This document shows positions 25,039 through 34,842 of a DNA stretch of 64,000 bases, in pieces (within the stretch, counting starts at the first letter, position 1; every line of letters begins with the position of its first letter). The DNA is taken from contig CBDDEL010000010.1 in the NCBI GenBank assembly GCA_965226885.1, positions 256,001-320,000 on the forward strand. The letters are read 5' to 3'. Origin of the DNA: Opitutales bacterium. Its GTDB lineage: Bacteria > Verrucomicrobiota > Verrucomicrobiia > Opitutales > UBA2987. Made by a program: the position numbers and the translations under genes. A model generated the notes under the pieces. That model ran no database searches. It saw only the letters and a list, made by a program, of their open reading frames with translations, and had not been told where the DNA came from.

Positions 25039-25105
25039 AACTAACGTCTGGCGCACGAATGCGAGGAGCGGAGCCAACCGCATTTCGTGACGCGCCTTGT
25101 TAGAG
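25039..25105 (-). other. Integron attC site
   Basis: Minus strand CTCTAAC AAGGCGCGTCACGAAATGCG...CGCATTCGTGCGCCAGAC GTTAGTT; 67-bp imperfect palindrome with unpaired bases. Confidence 0.8.
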
Positions 25106-25644
25106 ACCCTATGGTTTTTGATTTTCATCCGGGATTTCGTAAACAGTGGTAGTGTTTTCTGAATCGTTGGCGAGAACTTATTCTACGAACTCTTGAAATT
25201 CTCGCGTAAACACGGTTTTTCTTTCTACCCAATACAGTTTGAATCCGGGTAGGTCCTTCACCATTTGAATATTTCTTGTAAGTGATTCCCGTAATTAACC
25301 GCTAATTTTTAATGATGCGTGGACGCTGCATAAATTGGTACAAAAACGCTGCATAAAATTTTAATTAAATGCGTTGAAGCATCGGTTTCATTGTATATAA
25401 ATGTTTACATATTATGCAATCCACAAATCAGAAACCCAGAATTTTTGTCTTATGTTGTAGTGTTGCCTGGTGGTTTGGTGTCGAGTTTTGATTTTTTGAC
25501 TTTTTCTGTTTAGTTTTTGGGTTTGGTGGTTTGTGTGGTTTGTGTGGTCACGTTTTATGACGGTGGGTGGGTAGGACCGTTTCTCATTGCAGAGCAGGGG
25601 AATGCAGTTAGATTCTGCCGCTTGTTGAATTGAGTTGTAATTGA

Positions 25645-25998
25645 ATGAGTGTGAAGAATTCAGAGAAAGAAAATGCGGCGGCTTCAGGGCCGGACCTTCA
25701 TGATCCCGCGGTTCATGCCTGCCTGGAGCGGTATTGGCGGGCCAACATCAAGTTTACGATTTTCTTAATCGCCTTGTGGGCTTTTGCGGGCTTGGGGTGC
25801 GGGGTTTTGTGGGCGGATTTTTTAAACCGGTATCGGCTGCCCGGGACGGGTTATCCGTTGGGTTTCTGGTTTGCCCAGCAGGGAAGCATCATCGTCTTCG
25901 TGCTGCTCATCCTGGCCTATTGTCTCTTTATGAACCGGCTTGATGCCACGCATCACCGGGAACTGGATGAGATCAAATCGAGAGGGGAGGGTAGCTGA
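25645..25998 (+). CDS. DUF4212-family small membrane partner of a sodium:solute symporter
   Basis: YWRAN and GYPLGFWFAQQGSI motifs; directly upstream of the symporter. Confidence 0.88.
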   Translation: MSVKNSEKENAAASGPDLHDPAVHACLERYWRANIKFTIFLIALWAFAGLGCGVLWADFLNRYRLPGTGYPLGFWFAQQGSIIVFVLLILAYCLFMNRLDATHHRELDEIKSRGEGS

Positions 25999-27855
25999 TT
26001 GATGGGTGTTCAAGGCTGGACTTACCTTTTTGTGATTTTCACTTTCGGTCTTTACCTGACGATTGCCTGGCTGTGCCGCGTGCGCACGACGAAAGGTTTT
26101 TATGTTGCCGGGCAGGGTATTCCCGCGATTGCCAATGGCATGGCTACGGGGGCCGATTGGATGAGCGCCGCTTCATTTATCTCTATGGCGGGGCTGATTT
26201 CGGCCATGGGTTACGCGGGGGGCGTTTACCTGATGGGCTGGACGGGGGGCTATGTGCTGCTGGCGCTCCTGCTGGCGCCCTATCTGCGAAAATTTGGCCA
26301 TTATACGGTGCCGGATTTTATCGGGGACCGCTATGATTCCACCTTTGCCCGGCTGGCCGCGGTGGTTTGCGCGATATTCGTCAGTTTTACCTATGTGGCG
26401 GGACAGATGCGCGGGGTGGGGATCGTTTTTAGCCGGTTTCTGGAAATCGATGTCAATGTGGGCGTGATTGTCGGCATGGCCATTGTCTTTATCTATGCGA
26501 CCCTGGGGGGCATGAAGGGGATCACCTGGACGCAGGTGGTGCAATATTGGGTGCTCATCACGGCGTTCCTTATTCCGGCTATCGCCATCAGCATCAAGTT
26601 GACGGGGATGCCGCTGCCCTCGCTCGGTTTGGGTTCCACCCTCGATCCCGCGGTGGCGGGAGAATCGGGCGTTTACCTTTTAGATAAGCTGAACCAGATC
26701 CAGCAAGACCTGGGTTTCACGAGTTATACGGATACTTTTGTCGGCCATTGGGACAAAGTGAATGTTTTTTGCGTGACCCTGGCCTTGATGGCGGGCACGG
26801 CGGGGCTGCCCCACGTGATTGTTCGGTTTTACACCGTCAAATCGGTCAAGGCCGCCCGGTGGAGCGCATTTTGGGCCTTGTTTTTCATCTCCATGCTTTA
26901 CCTAACGGCTCCCGCCACGGCCGGCTTCGCCCGTTATTACATGATTCGCGGGTTGAATGGGAAAACGGCTGAAGAACTGCCCCAATGGTTTCACAACTGG
27001 AAGGAAACCGGGTTGATTCTGTGGCTCGACGACGGCGATGGCGTCCTCCGTTATTCAGCCTGCGATGACAATGAAGTATTCAGGAACGGAAAACTTTCCG
27101 GGGTGGAAATGGCCGACATACGCACCGCCCACCAGCTCTGGATCGACTCCGGCGGCGTGGGGGGTGTCGATGGGCGGGAAGTTCTCAGGAAGAAGGGCCT
27201 GTCCGGACCGGACCGCGATATCATTGTATTGGCCACGCCGGAAATGGCGGAACTGGCGGACTGGATTATCGCCTTGGTAGCGGCGGGGGGATTGGCCGCG
27301 GCCCTCTCCACGGCGAGCGGATTGCTGCTCGTTATTTCATCAAGTGTGGCCCACGATTTGTATTATCGCGTCATCAATAAGAAGGCGACCGAAAAACAAC
27401 GATTATTGGTGGGCCGGGGGGTCATCGGGATCGCCGTGGTGGTGGCCGGCCTGCTGGGCATTTATCCGCCCGGATTTGTCAGCCAGGTGGTGGCCTTTGC
27501 CTTCGGGTTGGCCGCGGCCAGTTTTTTTCCGGCCATCGTGCTGGGGATATTCAGCAAACAGGTGGGGACCGTGCCCGCGGTTTGCGGGATGTTGGCCGGA
27601 ATCGGTTTTACCGCGTTTTATATCATTGCCTGTGTCTTTTTTGGGATGGAGCCGTGGACTTTCGGGCTTTTCGCCAATGGCATCGACCCCCAGGGGATCG
27701 GATCGGTGGGTATGATTTTGAATTTCGCCGTTACTCTGGGCCTGACGCCGTTTTGCCAGAGTCCGAGTGAAGCCGTGAAGGACATGGTGGATTCGGTGCG
27801 GGAACCCGAAGGGGTGGGGCCGGCCGTCAATAGCGAGTCGGCGCCGGAGCATTGA
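25999..27855 (+). CDS. Sodium:solute symporter, ActP (acetate permease)-like
   Basis: GMATGADWMSAASFIS, GGMKGITWTQV, GTAGLPHVIVRFYTV. Confidence 0.92.
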   Translation: MMGVQGWTYLFVIFTFGLYLTIAWLCRVRTTKGFYVAGQGIPAIANGMATGADWMSAASFISMAGLISAMGYAGGVYLMGWTGGYVLLALLLAPYLRKFGHYTVPDFIGDRYDSTFARLAAVVCAIFVSFTYVAGQMRGVGIVFSRFLEIDVNVGVIVGMAIVFIYATLGGMKGITWTQVVQYWVLITAFLIPAIAISIKLTGMPLPSLGLGSTLDPAVAGESGVYLLDKLNQIQQDLGFTSYTDTFVGHWDKVNVFCVTLALMAGTAGLPHVIVRFYTVKSVKAARWSAFWALFFISMLYLTAPATAGFARYYMIRGLNGKTAEELPQWFHNWKETGLILWLDDGDGVLRYSACDDNEVFRNGKLSGVEMADIRTAHQLWIDSGGVGGVDGREVLRKKGLSGPDRDIIVLATPEMAELADWIIALVAAGGLAAALSTASGLLLVISSSVAHDLYYRVINKKATEKQRLLVGRGVIGIAVVVAGLLGIYPPGFVSQVVAFAFGLAAASFFPAIVLGIFSKQVGTVPAVCGMLAGIGFTAFYIIACVFFGMEPWTFGLFANGIDPQGIGSVGMILNFAVTLGLTPFCQSPSEAVKDMVDSVREPEGVGPAVNSESAPEH

Positions 27856-29182
27856 GTAGTCCGATTCACCGGCCGAGCCGGGCATCCAGTCGAAAAAACA
27901 AAATTGCTCTAAAAGAGCAAATGTGGTAGAGTGCCTTTTGTTTTTTCACTACTATAGCTACTCAACTGTGGAGACTATGAATCATAAAACCACCCGTTCC
28001 TATTTTAGAGGCTGTCCCAAAAGGGTGATTTTTGCGAGGGCTTTTGATAGGCGCTCATTTTAGAGGTATTTGCATTTGGGAGAGTATCAACTTTGCTCTC
28101 CTATGACGTTAGGATACTGGTTTTGGGGTCCGGTTGCCTGGTTTTCTTTGTATGAGCCGACAGTACGGCTGTGAAAAAGTATTGTCCTTGCTTTTCCGCT
28201 CTCTAGGCCACCGCTTTGGTTTTTAGTTCGTCTTGCTGGGCCAGCATCTTGGCTACTTTCCATAGGTTGTGCGAGAGTACCGACCAGGCTACGCTGATCG
28301 AGCGGTTGGCAAAGCCTTTGCTGCGCAACCGCCCGGCCTGCCAGCGATTCTTCAATACCCCGATCCGCCCTTCGGTGCTGGCCCGGCGCTTTTGCAATTG
28401 TCTTTGCAATTGTCTGAACAGTGGTTCCTCCATCCGTTTTTTCAACTGCTTCGGATCGCGTGGACAGAGCGCGTCGTAGATTCCCTCCTGGGCTAACTGC
28501 CGGCGGGCCCGCTGGGAGGCAAATCCCCGGTCCGCGCACATGGCCGCTATGGGTTCTTCCAGGTTGAAGCGGTTCTGTCTTTGCAAACTCTCTTGCATTT
28601 GTTCATTTTCGCTTGGAGTTCGGCTGCCGTAGAGTTTCCAGTCCAGCAGGTACCCTTCAATGCTTTCTCCCAAAAACAGGGTGTTGCCGAACTCGACCTC
28701 TTGGCCCGCTTTACCTCGCACAATCACCTGCCCATCGAGTTCGTAAACACTCAAGACTTTCTCTGCGTTTTTCACCTGGCGGCCGCCAATGATCCGCTCG
28801 TGCGCCTGTTTGATGACCACCGGGATTTGCTCGCTCATGCGCTCCATCCGGGCGAGGATCTGTTGGACCTGTTTTTCGCTGTAATCGCTTTGCTCCCAGC
28901 AGGCTTGCAATAATTCCCGGTGACTGCGGGCATGCTCCCCGATCCGTTTGAGCAGCTTTTTCATCTGCCTCAAGATACCCTTGCGCTGCCGCGCGCTGTC
29001 CTTTCGCCGCCGGCTGTGGGTCATCTGTATGCACAGCCGATTCATCTGCCGAGCCAAGGGCTCCGGTTCGATCGGCATGCGATGGCGCAAATCGGCCTTC
29101 TCGCGGATCAGCCGGATCGCTTTGAGCAACGTGCCGGCTACATCCTTGAGTAATACCCAGTCCGTCGGCCAATGAATGTTAG

Positions 29183-29417
29183 CCCGGATATTTCATGAAG
29201 GGTAAAGTTTGGCTCGTTATTGCTATTGGAGATGGATTTCTTTGTATTTTGAGCAGATCGTCTTGATTTTTAGGTGTTTTTCAGGGTGCAGAGACACTGC
29301 CCCCTTTCCCCCATTGGTTCGGTAGTGCCGGGGGCAGCACCAATGCACCCTTTAGGTTGGCACCAATCGGCGGGCCGCATGGTTGAAAAGACTGGCCCAA
29401 GGATAACTCTCACTTAG
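29183..29417 (-). mobile_element. IS1380 right-end fragment (235 bp)
   Basis: Right IR to an internal TTAG, at which copy 8 starts. Confidence 0.92.
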
Positions 29418-30984
29418 CCCGGATATTTCATGAAGGGTAAAGTTTGGCTCGTTATTGCTATTGGAGATGGATTTCTTTGTATTTTGAGCAGATCGTCTTG
29501 ATTTTTAGGTGTTTTTCAGGGTGTAGAGACACTGCCCCCTTTCCCCCATTGGTTCGGTAGTGCCGGGGGCAGCACCAATGCACCCTTTAGGTTGGCACCA
29601 ATCGGCGGGCCGCATGGTTGAAAAGACTGGCCCAAGGATAACTCTCACTTAGGTGAAAGTGAATCGTTCGGGTGTTGCGCACGATGACCGCTCCGATCTT
29701 GATTAATTTGAGCCGCAGGGTGTGGCATTGGGCCCGCGCCCACTTCGTCCCTTTTAAGGCTAACCGGCGCATGGCTTCCATCAAGGTGTAGGCCAGCGCC
29801 GACAAGAGCAATCGCCACTGATTGGCCCACCATTGATGGGCGCTGGTGCGCTCGCTGAACAATTGCATCTGTTCCTTGATTCGGTTCTCCATTTCACCGC
29901 GGCCACAGTATACCTTGTCGTAAAGCTCCTGGGGATCGCCCGGCAGGTTCGTCACCACGAAGCGCGGGTTGGACCCCTGTGCGGTGTGTTCGGCTTTATG
30001 GATGACCAACCGCAGCCATCGCCACGAATCGGCAGCATAGACGAAGTCCTGGAATAACCGTTGTTTTTTACCCCTTAGTTCGAACCATTCTTTGGCCTGC
30101 TTTTGCAACTGCTGGGCGTCTTGCTGCAAGCGTGCATTGCGAGCCATCCCCACGATGTAACTAACTTCGTTGCGGTCGCACCAAGAGAGTATCCGGTCTC
30201 GACAAAATCCACTGTCGGCGCGCCAAATAATCCGCGTACGGGGCCAGCTTTGGCGAATCCGTTTAACCAGCAATTTGAGGATGGCCCCGGCATGCTTGCT
30301 GGCATCGATCTTGCTCGGCCGCAGGTAGGCCACCAGCAGCTGATCACCGCAAAAAACATATAGCGGCAGAAAACAGTAATGATCATAATAACCGTGGAAA
30401 AAACGTCCCTCCTGGAGCCCGTGCACCGGATTGTCGGTGGCGTCAAAGTCCAGGATGATCTCTTCGGGTTCCTCGGCAAAGGAGCCCATGAACTGTTCGA
30501 CCAACAGCTCGTTTACCGCAAAGGCCGCCCGCCGATCCTGCCCGTTTTCAAAACGACACAAAGTCGGCGCGCTGGCCAACGTTTCAATGCGCCCCGTTAC
30601 CGTTTGCAACAATGGATCGTGGCGCAGGGTATCAAAGTCGTTCAAATCCTCATAGCCCGCCACCAGCCCGTAAACGCGCTGCCGCAGCATCCCCAATACC
30701 TCATGGCGTACTTTGCCCTTCTGCCGTTTGTCCACTAACTGTCGGGCCGCTCGTTCGGTCAAGCCCAACTGCCGATCCACTTCCCGGATCAAAAGCAGTC
30801 CGGCATCCGAAGTAACCTCTCCGCCCTTGAAATCAACCCGCACACGGCGGCCTTTTACCCTTGTCAACTGTAGCTTTAATTGTTTACCTTTTGTCATCGC
30901 TGATATTGCTTTAATTATTGATCTATCCTGCTGTATATCAGCAGTTAAGCATATCAACGATACTTTTTTTACGAAATATCCGGG
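29418..30984 (-). mobile_element. IS1380-family element copy 8 (intact transposase 29587-30957)
   Basis: Both IRs, 456-aa ORF. Confidence 0.95.
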
Positions 30985-30988
30985 CTAA

Positions 30989-32566
30989 CCCGGATATTTC
31001 ATGAAGGGTAAAGTTTGGCTCGTTTTGGCTCGTTATTGCTATTGGAGATGGATTTCTTTGTATTTTGAGCAGATCGTCTTGATTTTTAGGTGTTTTTCAG
31101 GGTGTAGAGACACTGCCCCCTTTCCCCCATTGGTTCGGTAGTGCCGGGGGCAGCACCAATGCACCCTTTAGGTTGGCACCAATCGGCGGGCCGCATGGTT
31201 GAAAAGACTGGCCCAAGGATAACTCTCACTTAGGTGAAAGTGAATCGTTCGGGTGTTGCGCACGATGACCGCTCCGATCTTGATTAATTTGAGCCGCAGG
31301 GTGTGGCATTGGGCCCGCGCCCACTTCGTCCCTTTTAAGGCTAACCGGCGCATGGCTTCCATCAAGGTGTAGGCCAGCGCCGACAAGAGCAATCGCCACT
31401 GATTGGCCCACCATTGATGGGCGCTGGTGCGCTCGCTGAACAATTGCATCTGTTCCTTGATTCGGTTCTCCATTTCACCGCGGCCACAGTATACCTTGTC
31501 GTAAAGCTCCTGGGGATCGCCCGGCAGGTTCGTCACCACGAAGCGCGGGTTGGACCCCTGTGCGGTGTGTTCGGCTTTATGGATGACCAACCGCAGCCAT
31601 CGCCACGAATCGGCAGCATAGACGAAGTCCTGGAATAACCGTTGTTTTTTACCCCTTAGTTCGAACCATTCTTTGGCCTGCTTTTGCAACTGCTGGGCGT
31701 CTTGCTGCAAGCGTGCATTGCGAGCCATCCCCACGATGTAACTAACTTCGTTGCGGTCGCACCAAGAGAGTATCCGGTCTCGACAAAATCCACTGTCGGC
31801 GCGCCAAATAATCCGCGTACGGGGCCAGCTTTGGCGAATCCGTTTAACCAGCAATTTGAGGATGGCCCCGGCATGCTTGCTGGCATCGATCTTGCTCGGC
31901 CGCAGGTAGGCCACCAGCAGCTGATCACCGCAAAAAACATATAGCGGCAGAAAACAGTAATGATCATAATAACCGTGGAAAAAACGTCCCTCCTGGAGCC
32001 CGTGCACCGGATTGTCGGTGGCGTCAAAGTCCAGGATGATCTCTTCGGGTTCCTCGGCAAAGGAGCCCATGAACTGTTCGACCAACAGCTCGTTTACCGC
32101 AAAGGCCGCCCGCCGATCCTGCCCGTTTTCAAAACGACACAAAGTCGGCGCGCTGGCCAACGTTTCAATGCGCCCCGTTACCGTTTGCTAACAATGGATC
32201 GTGGCGCAGGGTATCAAAGTCGTTCAAATCCTCATAGCCCGCCACCAGCCCGTAAACGCGCTGCCGCAGCATCCCCAATACCTCATGGCGTACTTTGCCC
32301 TTCTGCCGTTTGTCCACTAACTGTCGGGCCGCTCGTTCGGTCAAGCCCAACTGCCGATCCACTTCCCGGATCAAAAGCAGTCCGGCATCCGAAGTAACCT
32401 CTCCGCCCTTGAAATCAACCCGCACACGGCGGCCTTTTACCCTTGTCAACTGTAGCTTTAATTGTTTACCTTTTGTCATCGCTGATATTGCTTTAATTAT
32501 TGATCTATCCTGCTGTATATCAGCAGTTAAGCATATCAACGATACTTTTTTTACGAAATATCCGGG
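30989..32566 (-). mobile_element. IS1380-family element copy 9 (frameshifted)
   Basis: Both IRs; 1-bp insertion near 32189 and 10-bp duplication at 31014-31033. Confidence 0.95.
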
Positions 32567-34842
32567 TTAGCCTCCAAACAGGTGCCGTCGATCAGGCAAA
32601 TGGTGGGGTCAATCGGCTTGTCCAATCCCACCTGCCGGGCCAGAAGGGCATCGGCCACCACCTCAGTCAAGGTCCGGTGCAAGGCCCTCAACTGCTCTTC
32701 GCTGAAAAACTTCGAGGCCCGCTCCAGGGTGCTTTTGGAGATGCCCCTGATGCCATCGATCTGCCGGACACGGCAAAAGTCGGCCAACAGATCGCTGCTG
32801 CCCAGAGCCCGCGACAAATGCCGAAACGAAATCCCTCCGAGCAGACGGCCCAGCGTATCCATGCGCAGTGCCTTGATGGCAAAACTGGCCCGCTGCCGCC
32901 GGGCCTTTAGACCCATTGGCGGCCACCCCTCCAAGGCCAGCTCAATGGCCTGCGATTCCACCTCCGAGTCGATCAGCAGCCGATCGATTCGATCAATGGT
33001 GGCGCGGAAGTTATCGTAATCGAGGCACCGGTCGACCACAGTTAAAGCTGGACGCAGGAGGCATTGGATGGCTATATTTTTCATAGAAAGGGCTATATTG
33101 ATTTTCGCTAACTCAATTATAGAACCCTTTTTTGGCCGGATCGAGCAAAAACTTGCTCTTTCCGGCTCTTTTTATCAACGTCATCCAGTTGACTATAAAA
33201 TCTTTATATTTTTGGGACAGCCTCTATTTTACCCATTTGCCAATAATCTTGCTGGCAACTTTGCTCTTGACGGCGGCCCCTGTTGAGGCCGCTTTTGGCG
33301 GCTTGCTCAAACAAGCGGCCAAGCAGGCCGCAAAAAAGAAAGCTGAGCGGGAAGCGGCCAAAGTAGCTGCCAAGGTAATTGAGGAGGCATTGGAAGGGAA
33401 GGAATCCGCCGAGGCCGTCGAACAAAGCGAGAATACAGCGAAAGATTCCGATGATGGCGTGGCCGCTCAAGCGGTCTCTGAAATAAGCAAGGAGATCGCC
33501 AATTCGGCGCAGAAAGCGGCCGGGAATCTCACCCCGTCAGCTACATCCGTGGTGGCATCGGCAAATCCATTTGCGGGGGGCATCCTGGGGGGGCTGATTT
33601 ATGCCAATCCGGAGAAAAAATTTGCCAGGGTGGCGGCCGAAACCCTCAATGTCACTCTGCCCGAAACGATTGATCCGGATACGATTTCTGTGCCCGTCAT
33701 CGATACCGGAAGGAACGGTTTCAACAAAAAAGCGCTGAATATTTTAGGCAAGGCAGACAAAGTTGCGGTGGCTGGATTTCGGGTCGTCTTCATCACCACC
33801 AATTCCGACACGGCGACCTCGGATGGTCGAGCGACCGCTCTTGTCAACAGGGGATTAATGCGTTCCGGGGCAAAAGTGTATAAAAAAGATTCCTCCCATA
33901 CCTTAAACATCCAACTGCTGGGGGTGGAACCTTCCATGATGCAAATGCTCGCAGATGCCGCCTATCAAGACTTTATGATGCGTTTGGAAGAAACCGGAAG
34001 GGAGATCGTTCCTGCCGAAACCATCCTGGCCAATGAAGGATTCAAAAGCCTGAATACCTACGGATTTACAACCGAACATCCTTTTGTCAAAAAAGCCAAG
34101 GTAAGCGAGCCTCACACCTATATTGTTTTCAGCCCCGAAAGCCTGCCGCTTTGGTTCACCCATGCCGATGCCGGCAGCGTTGGCAATGTCGCGCCGATGG
34201 CATTGAAAAATTGGCGAGCGCTCAACCAGCTATCCTTTGACACGGGATCGGTGGTTATTGTCCCTCAAATCACGATCGATTTTGCCAAATTCTCGGCCAG
34301 CGGCCGCCTCAATATTGTCGGTTCTGCAAAAGTGATTGCCGAGCAAGTGATAAGTCTAGTACCCAAGCATACCCAGTTGTATGTTTACCAGGCCAAGGCA
34401 AAAACAGCCGGTCCCCTTGCCACTACCGAGCTGAATAGGGCTGTTGAAATTCACGGAAACTATGCCGCCGGAGAAATGATCAGCAGAAAAAATTTGAACC
34501 TTTCGGATGCGTTCGGAAAATATGGCGACTTTAATTTTAGTTCCAAAGCTGAGCAGGAATACGCTTTCGTGGCCAATCCCGACTCCTACTTGATCCTGGC
34601 CGGGGCGGGCATCCAGGCGGCCAACCAGTATTTTGCCCAAGCAGTTAAATTGAATAGATAAAGTATATACTAATCCTACTACTTCTTTCCAGATTCGAAT
34701 TATTGATTCGCAACCTGGACATCTCCCATTGAGGGAGATGGGGACATTTCCTTTAATCGATCCGGCAAGCGTCAATCCAGGGGTGAGGGTTTCCTCATCC
34801 TTGTTTGATCCGGTCGCCATTTAAGCTTATACTCGAATTAGA

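Larger units (their letters stand above)
28008..33224 (-). mobile_element. IS5-like element copy C, split by an IS1380 cluster
   Basis: Both IRs, TATTTTA duplicated; transposase halves at 28203-29182 and 32567-33084. Confidence 0.93.
27977..34661 (+). pseudogene. Secreted hypothetical protein with its signal peptide interrupted by nested ISs
   Basis: MNHKTTRSYF (27977) joins THLPIILLATLLLTAAPVEA... (33232 onward) in frame across the TATTTTA duplication. Confidence 0.82.

Noticed and set aside
20321..25105. Complete integron
   Set aside because: No tyrosine recombinase (intI) or attI is identifiable in the window; only cassette remnants
23648..25695. Diversity-generating retroelement TR/VR pair
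   Set aside because: Differences include indels and are not adenine-specific; no reverse transcriptase ORF in the window
4902..32566. Programmed frameshifting in split IS1380 transposases
   Set aside because: Breaks are single-base insertions at different positions in each copy while five copies are intact; these are mutations or sequencing errors
33132..33231. ORF-track start of the 509-aa protein
   Set aside because: The first ~31 codons come from the IS5-like left end; the true start is ATG 27977 on the other side of the insertion
34720..34740. Hairpin CATCTCCC-ATTGA-GGGAGATG as a terminator or ncRNA
   Set aside because: No adjacent U-tract and no second copy; insufficient support
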